Source: Octopus vulgaris (taxonomy: Eukaryota). Taken from it: a stretch of DNA of 64,000 nucleotides. Where the stretch lies: positions 131,440,001-131,504,000 of the forward strand of contig OX597817.1 in assembly GCA_951406725.2 (NCBI GenBank). Reading direction: 5' to 3'. This document shows, piece after piece, positions 41,420 to 55,151 of this stretch. How positions within the stretch are numbered: the stretch's first letter is position 1; each line of letters starts with the position of its first letter. Below the pieces are notes generated by a model. It searched no databases and was not told the origin of the DNA. It worked only from the letters and a program-made list of their open reading frames with translations. Position numbers and translations under genes: made by a program.

Positions 41420-42048
41420 TGTGCCTTTGTTCCGGTTGTTTTCCTATTTATTGTATAAGCGAGTTTGATTCAGCTTCCCTCGTCTGTACCGCACGTCAGG
41501 CTGTTTGTTCATCCGGGATTGTGGAGAGGAGAATGTATAGTTCCTTTCTGAAGATTTCTACTTCCACTTTATGCAGATTTCTTAATTGTTGCGGTAGAAC
41601 ATTAAAGAGATGCGAGCCTTTGAACCCTAGACTATTTCAGTACCTGGACCTGAATTTAGATTGAGTGGATGTTACCTTTGGCACAATACAATGCCGGCCA
41701 GTCCTAGCATTTGCATAACACTCAATGTTGAAATTCGGTACTAGCGCATTTAGAGTTTTCCATATGTAGATTATTATATATCTGTTGCACCTTCACTCCA
41801 GGGACTCAAGTTGCAGTTTTCTCAGCCTATCCCTGTAGCTCATCCGCTTCACAGTTTCAATCTTTTTAGTGTAGTGGCGTTTGACTGTTTCAAGCCCCGC
41901 TGTTAGTTTGGTACTATGAGTGAATATAACTGGGAGCAGTAGTCTAGGTAGCTATGAAAAAATGTTCCCCACATGGTCAACACAGTTTCTTGGTCTCTTG
42001 TCTTGAAGGACCTCAGTAGCCATCCTCTCAGTTGTCTTCCCTTGCAGA
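41420..42048 (-). mobile_element. CR1/L2-group LINE C-terminal fragment
   Basis: GWLLRSFKTRD..SYLDYCSQL followed by SYRDRLRKLQLESL. Confidence 0.75.
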
Positions 42049-42049
42049 C

Positions 42050-42080
<31 letters not shown>

Positions 42081-42111
42081 TGTATGTATGTATGTATGTA
42101 TGTATGTATAT

Positions 42112-43415
42112 ATATTTCTTTCGAGAACAAACTTTGGTGCTGGGCCAACCTCTGTAACAATAACAGTAACCAAAGCAAATTATTTGACATTACTATGCGA
42201 TCATCCGACTCCGCTCAAGTCACCGACCTCGTTGAACTATACATACTCCATCATCTCCGAATACATTTTCCAAACATTAAGGGAGGCCTGTACAGAGATG
42301 AAGCTTTGCTAGTCACTAAAGGCGTTAATAAATCCCCTTTAGAACGTGTTAGGAAAGATTTACCCAAATTTTCAAAATTCCCATAAAACAGCTCATTTTT
42401 AGGCGTAAATTTAAACTTAGAAATCTCCCAATATCCCCATATCACAAACCTAACCAATACCTTAAGTACTTAAACATTAATTCCACTCACCACAAATCCA
42501 CCTTGATAATAGTGTTAAGGGCATCTCGATTCGTATATCTAACCTCTAATCTACTGAGGAAATATTCAATAACCACGCCTCATATTACAACCAAGTGCTT
42601 GCTGCTAGCGGCTTTTCCCAACACATAAAATACATCTCAATACTAGGCTCAAGCAAGATATATCTAAAATCATATCACAACGACATGCTAACCATCAGTA
42701 TCACAACAGACCTCACATACACTATACGAGAACCCCAGGAGAACACAGGCTAAGACATCTTAGATCCCACACGAACACATATAACACTAGGTCAAAAGCT
42801 AAAACAGCTTTTTAAATAGGCCAAATTTAATTCTTTATTGCCCACAAGGGGCTAAACATAGAGGGAGAAACAAGAACAGACATAGGGACTAAGTCGATTA
42901 CATCGACCCCTGTGTGTAACTGGTACTTATTTAATCAACCCCGAAAGGATGAAACACAAAGTCGACCTCGGTGGAATTTGAACTCAGAACGTTAGCCTGG
43001 CGTGCTAACGATTCTGCCAGCTCGCCATATTATCCACCTCTAATTTCTAAAAATATAGATTACAGTACCCCTAAACAACCAAAACAAAGCGGTGGACGTT
43101 CTGGTCTATGGTATACACCTCATTTCTCACTAAACATTAAGACCTTAGCTAAATCCTTTTTAATATGCTAGACTCAGACTTCCCTCGTCAACATAAATAT
43201 TACTCTATCGTTAAAAGATCTACTTTAATGCTATCCTAATCCTCCCCCCACAACTTTGAATCCATTATCGCAGCCTCTAATAGACGAACACTTTCTCTCT
43301 ATTACACTTGAACACTTGCGTATCTTTGTAAAAGTTCCTACGACTTTCTACCTCCCACGAATCTTGTTACATCCAACCTCTTTCCCGCTCCCTCACTAAC
43401 TGCATTGCCCAGACC
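42112..43415 (+). mobile_element. Second, divergent Penelope-like RT fragment, interrupted by SINE A (~42828-43028)
   Basis: FDITMRSSDSAQVTDLVELYIL..GLYRDEAL (PLE RT motifs), later YLNINSTH and WYTPHFSLNIKT. Confidence 0.75.
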
Positions 43416-43752
43416 TTTCATCCTTTAACATCAGAGCTGTTTAAATATCAAATTTTGTTTGACGCCGAAAACCTTCACGTTTTCTTTTTATTCCATGTTA
43501 TGCTTAGCTGATCCTGACACAAAAATTTATGAACCAGAAAAATTGTCATCATTAATTCCTGTCTTAATTCAGTCGTTAAACTGCCATCGTAGTTTGACAC
43601 CGCTTTGAAGGATTTTAGTCGGGCAAATCAACCCCAGGATAGTATTTACTGTATTGAACTCCTTTGCAGAGCCGCAATTTGCGAGAATCTAAACAAACCA
43701 ACAGCGGTTGTCAAGCGCGGGTATTACAGACACAAACACAAACACAAATGAT

Positions 43753-43783
<31 letters not shown>

Positions 43784-44528
43784 ACAGAGTTACATATATA
43801 TTACGGGCTTCTTTCAGTTACCGTCTACCAAATTCACTGTCAAGAGCCTGGCCGGCCGGGGAGTATATTAGAAAAACTGTTAGCCAAGTGGTTAGGAAGT
43901 AAGCTGCTTAGTACAAACAGCGTCTATAAACATGAATCTTTGTTTTGATTAATTGAACGCCTGAGCAACAAGAAAAAACACGGCGTCCAACAAGATGTCG
44001 TTAAATGATAACTTTTGTCTTGCTAAATGCTGAACTTAAATTTTTTTAATATTAATTTTGCTTTCCATTCATCTCATATTGATGAACTAATTGTTACTAA
44101 TATACTCGAGTGAAATTAATCGATTGTAATCTCATATTTGTGTGTAGTCGAAAATCCTTTTTAATGCTTCTTGAAATTATCATTTAATCCTAGACATTAG
44201 GAAGGTGTTGAGAAGACACATTGATGAGATATCTAAAGTCTTTTCTTTGTTTATTAAACTGCAATTTTCGTTACAATATAGCACTATTGTGCATTTAATT
44301 AAAATTTTACTTTTTGGCTGCGAGAAAGTATTCGGTCAATTACGTTATTATATTTTTATTTTGCTTTCTTCTCGTTTAATTAAAACTCTTGACCGTAATT
44401 GCTCTTTCGAATAACAGCAACTTAATTAAAACTGAAACTATCAATATTTTCTCCCGTTTTCTCTCTTTTACTCTCTGTCACTCTCTCTCTTTCCCTTTTC
44501 CTCTTCTCGAGAAACATCCATAAATATG

Positions 44529-44638
<110 letters not shown>

Positions 44639-47600
44639 TATACATGTGTGTGAATAGATAGATGGATAAGGACATAAACGCTCACACGAATTTGAGTATG
44701 TGTGTGTGTGTATGTCCATTGTTAAGTAACAACCAGGTAAAGAGATACTCAATACACACATGTAGTGACCTGTTACCCTGAAGTTTCCGCGCTGTGTAAC
44801 CATTTCGTATGACAAGTCCAAGCAGGCAGAGAGACTTACCTTATCTTTCAGAAGGAAAGATAGGTGTGTATAAAGAATGCAACAGTCATAGTATAAGCGG
44901 TAATAATAATGATAATAATAAGGAAACATATGCAGGGGTCGAGAAGGAAAAGATTGGTTAACGGAGAGGTTCGACGTATGTGCATGCACATGCATACGAA
45001 TATACTAACCTACACACACACAAACACACGCACAAACACGCATATATATTTGTCTCTGTGTCTTTGTTTGTCCTCCCGCCATCGCTTCACAACCGATGTT
45101 GGTGTGTTTACGTCCCTGTAACGTAGCGGTTCGGCAAAATTAAACGATAGAATAAATACTAGGAGTTCAAAGTCCTGGGGTACAATTGTTTGACTAAAAG
45201 CAGTGTACCTGTATGCCTGCAGTCAAATGACTGAAACAAGTAAAAGACTAAAAGTATATATATATATATATATATATATAACCAAATGTGCTTCCAAACA
45301 GGTATAGTTTCCGTCTAACAAACTCATTAGAAGATACGTGCACAAGGTGACGCCGTGTAGTGGAACGGAACCCGAAACCACTTAATTGCAAAGTGAGTTT
45401 CAACCCAGCAATGTTCACTCCATTTCTATTGTTATTTAAGACTACAGTATTCAATGTTATTTTTTATCAAAAGATATGGGCCTCTATTTTGAGAGAGATT
45501 TGACTGCCCTTTCTAGCAAGTCAAACACTCACCTAGATGTTCCTTACTTTTGTGCTTGGTATGTGATCTGAGTTATAATCAGAAACACGGTTGTCCGTTT
45601 TACGAAAGATATGAGTCACGTTGTTCAGAAATAGTAAGGTGTAATCTTTAAGACATTCTATGACAGATTAGGAATGTGAATCAGTAGACGTCGACTACTC
45701 ATAAATTATTAATCACTGATCCACCAGATAAACTCTACTGGCAATAGAGCCTTCACATTGTTCCTTGACTTGTTATAAATAGTAGATATATCTCTTTCAA
45801 ATCTCACAGTGCTATATAAAGTAAGAAAGTTTATATTACATAACGGAGTTATATAGGTTTCAAATTTTGGCACTAGGCCAGTAGTTTCAATGGAGGGGTA
45901 AGTTGATTGAATTGCCCCCCGTGCTCAACGGGTTTATATTTTGTCTACAGAATTTGAACTCAGAACATGAAGACGCACGAAATGCTGCTAAGTATTTTGT
46001 TCGGCGTATATATAGCTGCATATTTACCCGATATTTTAGGAGTTATTTACAGTGAAATTAAGGCGGTGAGTTGGAGAATTACAAGCACACAGGACAAAGT
46101 GCTGAGTGGTATATCGTCCGGAGTGCTAACGTATTAAGTTCAAATTCCTCCGAGGCCACCGTTTCTTTTCTTCCTTTTGGTGACGATCAAATAAGTACCA
46201 GTCAAGTACTGGGGTCGATTTAACTGACTTCCTACTCTCTTCAGAAACTGCTTGCCCTATGCCTAAATTTAAAACCATTATTCATAGCAGAATTAAGCAG
46301 GTATACTGGTAGAATCATTAAAGCATCGGAATTTTCAGAATTTCTTCTGACATTTTACGTTCTATGTTGAAATTCTTCCATGGCCAACATAGCTTTAGAC
46401 TTCCTTTGAGGTCGTTAGAGTAAAATACCAGTCAGGCATTGAGGTATATTTAATCAATTAACTCCCTCAACCCAAAATTGTTGGCCTTGGACCGAAATCA
46501 GAAAACGTCATTTCTAAGACAGGGGGCTGACAGAATCATTAAATAGTTGAGATTTCCATTGACCCATTACGTTCTGGGTTCAGATTTTGTTGGAGTCAGC
46601 TTTACCTTCGAAGGTGATAAGATAAAAGACCAGTCAAACGCTGGAATCGTTGCCATAGACTGACCCCACTCCTTAAAACTGCTGCCGTGTGATCAATCTA
46701 AAAACAAATACTTTTTTTACTGATTGGAATTCGAAATGCATCGCTTTACAGCAATTATTTCCATTTTCCTCGATACTTCTCTATTTATAGCCTAAATTAA
46801 AACGAAGAAAACTTTACTGTCAAAGTTTATTTGCCAACAGAATGTGGAAGTCCAATACAAGGACGATGTTGCTGTTGTTTAACTCCAGGAAAAATCTTTC
46901 CTAGCTGGCTATCGACACACAGTTTGTGTCCGTGTAGCATAAGAAAGGGAGGTCAGCGCTCCTATCTCTAGCCCTACGTGATACTCACAGACCTAGGTTT
47001 CTGGATTGTTTCACGTCCTCTATGTGAGACTGGTACTTAATTTATCGAATCCCGAAGTAGACTTCGGCGGAATTTGAACGTCGTGACGAGTGAAATATCG
47101 CCAAGCATTTCGTCCAGTGTGCTAACGATTCTGCCAGCTCGCCGCATTATATATACATATAATAATGAAAGTTAATAGTTAGTCTAGATTAATGTCTCAA
47201 GTACAAGGAGTCATAGATCCACATAACATTCTCCCTCAACGAGACGCCGGTTCGTTTCAGAGTTGCTTATTTACAGCTATGTGGACCAGAGCAATGTGGA
47301 ACGATGAAACGATGTGTTTCTCTCAAGACTACAGCGCAGCATCCTGTCCAGGAATCGAAAGCAAGATCTTGTGATTCGTGTGTGCAATGCTCTTACCAGT
47401 AGGCCACACACCTTCATTGAATGTAAATAAACCAGAATACAAATTTTTCTAGTATAGGCACAAGACCTAACATTTGGAGTAGAATGGGGACTAATCGATT
47501 AAAAATGGCTGCAGAGTTTATTGTATCGACCGCTAAAAGATGAAAAAGGGGAAATAGATCACGTGGTATTTGAACTTGAAACGTAAATACCGCTTAAATT

Positions 47601-47792
47601 TTTATTCCAACGCGCTAACGATTCTGCTACTTTGTCGCCCTAAACCAGGATACAATTAATTGTTGAAGTAAATAAAGAGTAAATATAATGAATGGCGCAA
47701 TTACTAAGGATACCGCATTAATAAATATCCTTAAGTGGTTTAGTTTCAAGTGTAAAAAACAAATACGGCTTTTAATATAGTTGTTTTGAAAC

Positions 47793-47847
<55 letters not shown>

Positions 47848-48127
47848 AATAATAATAATAATAATAATTATAATAATAATAATAATGATGATGATAATCA
47901 TACTAATGTTAACATTATTATTATTATTATTATTATTATCATCATCATCATCATTACTACTACTACTACTACTACTACTACTGTTACCACCTCCACCACT
48001 GCTATACAACGACTGTATCTATTGAAGTTATTAAGTAAGGAAGTTGATAAAATAGAGGAAAAGATCAACGCTTTTTCTTAATAGGTGTGTGTGTGTGTGT
48101 GTGTACTTATGGATATATGAGTGTGTG

Positions 48128-48430
48128 TGAAGGTGCGTAGCTTAGTGGTTAGAGTGCTGCACACACGATCGTAAGAGCGTGGTTTCGATTCGCAGACTGG
48201 CTGATGCGTGGTGTTCTTCAGTAAAACATTTAATTCCACGTTCCTGCGATCACTTCCGCATCTTACGTGTAGCACACCGTGTAGTACACCTGTTCAGGCG
48301 ACGTGGACTTGATGGAGGCGGGGGTGAGCTAAAGTACGGCACATGCATTTAATCCCTACAAATAAATCCTTTGTGCAGGTTGTTCGACAAGAATTTGCGG
48401 AACTTTCATTTGTCGTCTACAGCAGAGGTG
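48128..48430 (+). mobile_element. tRNA-derived SINE
   Basis: GTAGCTTAGTGGTTAGAGTG (A box) and GGTTTCGATTCG (B box); related to 57910-58230. Confidence 0.65.
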
Positions 48431-48787
48431 TCCACTATGTATGCATATCCACGTGTATAATATACATGTTTAAGCATTTGTGCGTGTGTGAGTGTGTATG
48501 GGTGTATGTATGTGTGCGGATGTTTGTTTATGTGTGTGGTTGTGTATGTGTGGTTGTGTGTGTGCATGTGTGTATGTGGATGTGTGTGTGTGTGTGGTTG
48601 TGTGCATGCCTCTGTGTATGTGGTTGTATATCTGTGTTACCGTGAGTGTGTGTGTGTATGCGCGTGCATGTGTGTGTAGGGTTAAAATCTAAGCCCCATC
48701 CCCTACATGCACTTACGTAGGTGTAATATTTCTGTGGTATGCATGAGAGCTGGGAATACTGGAAAATATGTGCTGCAGTGTAATAAA

Positions 48788-49422
48788 TACTCTTTTCTAC
48801 TCTAGTCACAAGGCCCGAACTTTGGGCGGGGGGAGGCCAGTTGATTAGGTCGACCCCAGTACGCAACTGGTACCTAAGATATCGACCCCCGAAAGGATGA
48901 AAGGTGAAGTCTACCTCGGCGGAATCTGAACTCGGAACGTAGCGGCTGACGAAATACCTATTTCTTTACTTACCCACAAAGGGGTAACCACAAAGTCGAT
49001 TATATCGACCCCAGTGCGATATAATTGGCGGAATTTGAACTCAGAACGTAACGGCATACGAAATACGGCTACGCATTTTTCCCAGCGATTAAGTCGATTA
49101 TATCGACTCCAGTGCGTAACTGGTACTTATTTAATCGACCCCGAAAGTATGAAAGGCAAAGTCGACCTCGGCGGAATTTGAACACAGAACGTAAAGACAG
49201 TCGAAATACAGCCAAGCATTTTGCCCGGCGTGCTAACGTTTCTGCCATCTCTCCGCCTTAAGCTACAAACATACTCCTTTTTACTCTAGGCACAAGGCCC
49301 GAAATTTTTGGGGAGGGAGCCAGTCGATTAGATCGACAACAGTACACAACTGGTACTTAATTTATCGATGAAAAGGATGAAAAGCAAAGTCGACCTCGGC
49401 GGAACTTGAACTCAGAACGTAA
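48788..49422 (-). mobile_element. Cluster of SINE family A copies
   Basis: Multiple family A bodies in tandem. Confidence 0.85.
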
Positions 49423-50339
49423 ATTGTCATTCTTTCTTTTCGTAGATGCTAATTATGAAATTTATTTTAAGTAACTCACTCTATACTTTGATTCGTTAGG
49501 AGATGGAAAAAAACTTAATAATTTGACTTTAGGCTTAGTATCTTTATTGACAGTATCATTGTGTTTCGTAAAGCAAATATTAACTACGTTAAACTCGAAC
49601 TTGAATCAGTGAGATTCAATACTAAATGCATTCAGAAATACAGTCTGACGCATTATTTGCTAATCCCCCCCACCCAGCAAGCGGAATATAATTCTAAACC
49701 CAACGGAAGAGAGAATTGTTAAAGAAATTTTAAAAGAAAGTAAATGTAACAAAGCTCGGTGGCAAAGGAAGCGATTTTATTTTGTCGTATTTCTTTTGTC
49801 GAAAGTTTGCCCAGGGTATCCCAGTCTTTCATTGGATGATTAACATCGTCTCATCACCTACTGGTTCACAACCATAACTATTAATTTTGTGATTGGATAA
49901 TCAGAAATAATGTCAGACAGGTTGACGAAATTGCGTTGTTTTGGAAATTGTGGTTGTTGCCAGAAAATTTTCTCATGAGCATAGCCCTTTCTTCAGTAGC
50001 AAAATATTGTATCACACAGACTCACACAAATTCTGCATGAAATGATAATATAATTCACATTGGATGATACATAATCAGCATTCATCTTGACATTGGGCCT
50101 GATCTTCCCATTAAAAGGTCGAATGTCTTCACTTTATTCACTCCAGCCCAACTCATACTTATTCACTGGAAAACTAAACTATGAATCATTTCAACCAAGA
50201 CGCATCTCAATTTAATAAAGAATACAAGTGAAACCAACAAGAATTCTTTAATATTTAGAATAACATTAAAAATATTCTCCAATGAATATGCAACATTATA
50301 TTGTGTTGATTCAAATGTTTTGCAATATTTTGGTAACTT

Positions 50340-51025
50340 AAGGCGGCGAGCTGGCAGAAGCACGCCGGGCGAAATGCTTACCGTTATTTTGTCTACCGTT
50401 ACGTTCTGAGTTCAAATTCCGCCGAGGTCAAATTTACCTTTCATCCTTTCAGGGTCGATAAATTAAGTATCAGTTACGCACTGGTGTCGATATAATCGAC
50501 TTAATCCGTTTGTCTGTCTTTATTTGTCCTCTCTGTGTTTAGCCCAGTGTGGGTAGTAAAGAAATAGGTATTTCGTCTATCTTTACGTTCTGAGTTCAAA
50601 TTATGGTGTACTGGTGTCGATCTAATCGACTGGCTCCCTTCCCCAAAATTTCGGGCCTTGTGCCTAGAGTAAAAAAGAGTATGTTTGTAGCTTAAGGCGG
50701 AGAGCTGGCAGAAACGTTAGCACGCCGGGCAAAATGCTTGGCTGTATTTCGACTGTCTTTACGTTCTGTGTTCAAATTCCGCCGAGGTTGACTTTGCCTT
50801 TCATCCTTTCGGGGTCGATTAAATAAGTACCAGTTACGCACTGGGGTCGATGTAATCGACTTAATCCGTTTTCTGTCCTTGTTTGTCCTCTCTGTGTTTA
50901 GCCCCTTGTGGGTAGTAAAGAAATAGGTATTTCGTCTGTCTTTACATTCTGAGTTCAAATTCCGCCGAGGTCGTCTTCTCACCAAAAGAAAATTTCGAGC
51001 CTTGTGCCTAGAGTAGAAAAGAATA
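50340..51025 (+). mobile_element. Cluster of SINE family A copies, inverted relative to 48788-49422
   Basis: Multiple family A heads and bodies. Confidence 0.85.
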
Positions 51026-51064
51026 TTTTTGTAATTTATTTGCTTTATTCGTCAGGTTACATGA

Positions 51065-51790
51065 ACAACCTAACATTCAAAGTGGAGGCCAGCGTGTTGT
51101 ACCGTCTGAAGCCACTTCTGTGCCAGTTCTTTGATCCCTCACTAATACCAGTTTTTGTCTTTCGAGGCGAAGGATTTCTTCAGTTAAGTTTCCATATCTT
51201 CTTGGTTGATGAAGCGTCGCGATTGCAGGAAGTGAGCCATTTATCGGAACAAGTAATGACCCGAGAAAGCAAGCTCCGGAATATACGCTGGGTGTGACAA
51301 CATCAGTTCAGTTCCCTGAAATTCCTGGAGTTTATTCTGGATCGTTCGAGCAGAAATAGGTCCTCAGTTGTCTTGTTGCAAACGAGCTCGCTTTCTGATG
51401 ACCAATACCAGGAATCTTTGCTGTACACTGGTACACATCCGCTCCAGCTGTTCGGATTACAGGTTAGCATCGATGATTTGTTTGACCGCCCGAAACGAAC
51501 TTTTAATGAATTATCCCCTCATAGTTCCACCAGACAGGCTCCGGAATCTGGCCCCTTCTTAACCACTGCTTATACATGTTAATACTGTGGAGAAATATCT
51601 CCCTCGGATTATTATTTGTTCCGATCCATGGCTCACTTCCTGCGCTCGTGACGCTTCATCAACCAAGAAAAGATGGAATCTCCAGTAAAGGAGTTCTACG
51701 CCTCGAAGAAGAACTGGTATCAGCGTGGAATCAAATAATTTGCAGAAAGGTGGCTTCGGTGCAAGACGATGGCCTCTAGTTTGAATACTA
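51065..51790. mobile_element. Two decayed mariner C-terminal fragments in opposite orientation
   Basis: Minus HPAYIPELA..MAHFLQSRRFINQED; plus MAHFLRS*RFINQEK..WYQRGIK. Confidence 0.65.
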
Positions 51791-51869
51791 GACTGTTTTT
51801 CTTGTCAATTGACGAACAACGCAAATAAGTTACCAAAATATCGCAAAACTTTTCACTTAACACAATATT

Positions 51870-52882
51870 ATATATATATATATAAAACACAACTTGTGTG
51901 TCTGTGTGTGTATCTGTGTGTGTGTCTGTGTGTTTAACTTCCCGGCACATCTCCGAGCCAACAAATTGTAGAACCACCAAAAATGGGCCACTTAAAGTTT
52001 AGGCGAATGAAAATTGAACTGCGTTATTTCTGTTCCGAAATTCATCTCGCGAGTGCAAAAATCGATAATGTGTTTGTTTAGGCCTTATCCCATGCATTGA
52101 ATAGTGAACTTTACTCAGTCAGCTGTTTGACGTGAACTGTGTTCATCACGCGTGCAAGCATGCGTAAATTGCATGAAAAATAAAAAATCAAGATATAAAA
52201 ACGTATCGCCGTAAACATTGTAGAAATTCGACAAAGAAATGAATTTTCGGGGTTGTAGCCAGGAGGGTTTTTCGTATTAATCGTTTGGACTTTGTGAACA
52301 CATATCAATTGTTTTCATAACATTTTTAACGCTTTGAATTAAATGTGACCATTTTGCGTTGAGTCTGCAGTTTGAATCACTTTAACCAAATTTTAGCAGG
52401 CCGGATTTTTGATAATCACGATACATCGCCAGCGACTCCCTGAAACTCTCCCCTGAAATCCCCGTTGAGAAATACTGACCTAAAAGAATAATTCAACAAT
52501 GCAATTATTTGATCAACAAAAATTTATGAAACGCTTCTACGTATTTCCTATTGAGGAAATGGAACACATAAGCGCAAAAATAGAGGGCATTAAATGCTTT
52601 ATTTTAAAACCAAAATAATTGAATTTTGATTGAACTTCATCCAAGTTCATTCGCGCGTGCATAGAACGCACGAGCGCACGTACGTACATTGTGTAAGAAA
52701 GTATTGATTTTGCACTCGCAGATTAATCGTCTTTCCTCAGTGCAATTAATAGTCACACGTGCAAAAATCATTTGCACTGCTTTGCTTTCGTATGACGCAG
52801 CTTGCTACGAGTTCAGCGAGATCAGTTACTTCTGAGTTGTAACAATTTTTGCTTCCACAGGTAAGCCGGGCAATACTGCTAG
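51870..52882 (+). mobile_element. Non-autonomous Helitron-like element
   Basis: 5' TATATAAAA followed by GTCTGTGT microrepeats; 3' GCCGGGCAATACTG-CTAG followed by T, the typical Helitron CTRR end. Confidence 0.6.
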
Positions 52883-52955
<73 letters not shown>

Positions 52956-52960
52956 GAAGG

Positions 52961-53011
52961 AGCTTCTACAGGACTAGAACTGTTTCATTCAAAAGAAATC
53001 ATCAGGAAGCT
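52961..53011 (-). ncRNA. Type I hammerhead ribozyme motif in a PLE pseudo-LTR-like remnant (~52950-53215)
   Basis: AGCTTC-CTGATGA-TTTC(TTTT)GAAT-GAAA-CAG(TTCTAGTC)CTG-TA^GAAGCT: 6-bp stem I, 4-bp stem III, GUA triplet; U-U at the base of stem II. Confidence 0.8.
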
Positions 53012-53283
53012 AGTAGACAAGAGTTGTTTTGGCATTTATACATTTAGGCAGGTTTAAATGGGTGGTGGTGGGGGTAGGCATGGCGCAAAACTATCATAAA
53101 TAGGGGAGTGGTCAAAGGAATCGGTGGTAAAGTAGATAAAAGAATAAATAAAAGAATAAAAGAATAAATAGAAAAATAGAGTTTTAGGTAAGTAAGGAGA
53201 CTCTCACTTGTACATCTACATATATATATATATATATATACACCCACATATTCACATATATCTATATATATACATACATACAC

Positions 53284-53317
<34 letters not shown>

Positions 53318-54298
53318 ATACATATACACATATACATACATATACATATATATACACATACCCATGTACATACACACAAATACACATATACATACATATA
53401 TATACATATATGTATACACACTCGCACATATATATACATACACACATATACACATGCATATACATGCACACACATACACACACACTTTTATTCCCTTATT
53501 TTAATTTTATTATTACTTTTGTTTATATCTTTATTTTTATCTTGACCTGGGTCAGCCGGTCTCAAGGGATGGTCTAAAGAGTCCATTTATCTATCTACTC
53601 ACTGATACGAACGCAAACACTCACTCACGCCCACACACTCACACGTACACTCATACCCATACACACACGCACGTGTTATATTCATACATACATACATCTA
53701 CATACATTCACGTATATTCACATACGTACACGTACCTACTGATTCATATCTACACGCATACACATACATACCTCAATACACCCACAGAAGACTAGTCCAT
53801 ACATATACACTAATAAATATATATACACACATATACACATACACATACATACACATACATACATATACATATATATATACATATATATACATATACATAT
53901 ACATACTCATATACATTCATACATATATACACATACACATATATATATATATATATATATATGCGTACACATACACACACACACACGCGCATCTATATAT
54001 ACACATAAGTACATACATGCATAAATGTATACATATGTTTATACATATGCATACACATCCACACTCACACGCGCCTCCTTATGTTCATAAACACATACAT
54101 GCATACAGACATATACATATATACATACATGCATACTCAAATAATAATAATAAATATATATACGTGCAGTTACCCATTATACAGACGGATACATACATAT
54201 AAACATACACATACATACCTATTTACACATATGTATATATACATACATACATACACACATAACTCTACATACCTACATATACATAAACACACAAGCGT

Positions 54299-54354
<56 letters not shown>

Positions 54355-54359
<5 letters not shown>

Positions 54360-54617
54360 GTGAACTAGAAAGATGAATAATCTTGTTGCAAATTAATCAA
54401 AAGTTTAACCGATACCTTGGTAGCAAAAATCACAGCAGAAGACAGCACGGTTGGAGGTACAACCATATGGTGTTGAAACCGTGCGTTGGTGCGGATAATT
54501 GAATTTTAATATTATTAGTGAATTGAAGAAATGGAGTTCAACGAAGATTGAACAGAAATCGTTTTATTTGTTCAATTTCTGTTCAATCTTCGTTCAACTC
54601 CATTTCTTCAATTCACT

Positions 54618-54624
<7 letters not shown>
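54355..54624 (-). mobile_element. Short fold-back copy of the 59-kb PLE-type terminal repeat
   Basis: 54355-54569 is the reverse complement of ~59748-59962; 54575-54624 matches 59758-59807; flanked by (TA)n. Confidence 0.85.
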
Positions 54625-54678
<54 letters not shown>

Positions 54679-54757
54679 TACACACACATACATACACACA
54701 TATACATTTACACACACATTTACACATATATATATACACATACATATACAAATACAT

Positions 54758-54796
<39 letters not shown>

Positions 54797-55117
54797 TGCG
54801 CGTGTGTGAGTGTATGTATAAACTATCAACCAAACTATCAGACGTTGCTATACATCGCTGATCACAATGCACCTCTCCTTGCTTTAGCTTTCGAATGACG
54901 TAATTTTTGGTGGTTAGGCGAGCAGGCCAACATTTTCCCTGGTCGGAGGACTTTTCCGTTAGAAGGTGGCCCATTTACAGATGAGTGGCCTGGAGCAACG
55001 TGAAATGATGAAATGAAGCGTCGCTTTTAAGAATACAATGCGCTGCCCAGTCTGTGAATTGAACCTCTAGTCTGGAAGTCGTGAGTGCAGTACCCCAAAC
55101 AGTAAACCACAAGCCTT

Positions 55118-55151
<34 letters not shown>

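Noticed and set aside
45218-45248. CAGTCAAATGACTGAAACAAGTA in SINE B tails, resembling a hammerhead core
   Set aside because: No CUGANGA and no stems I/III; better explained as the short 3' stem-loop of a LINE-derived SINE tail
48788-51025. Regularly recurring ~40-bp motifs that could suggest a CRISPR-like array
   Set aside because: Eukaryotic SINE bodies with internal duplications; no unique spacers and no cas genes
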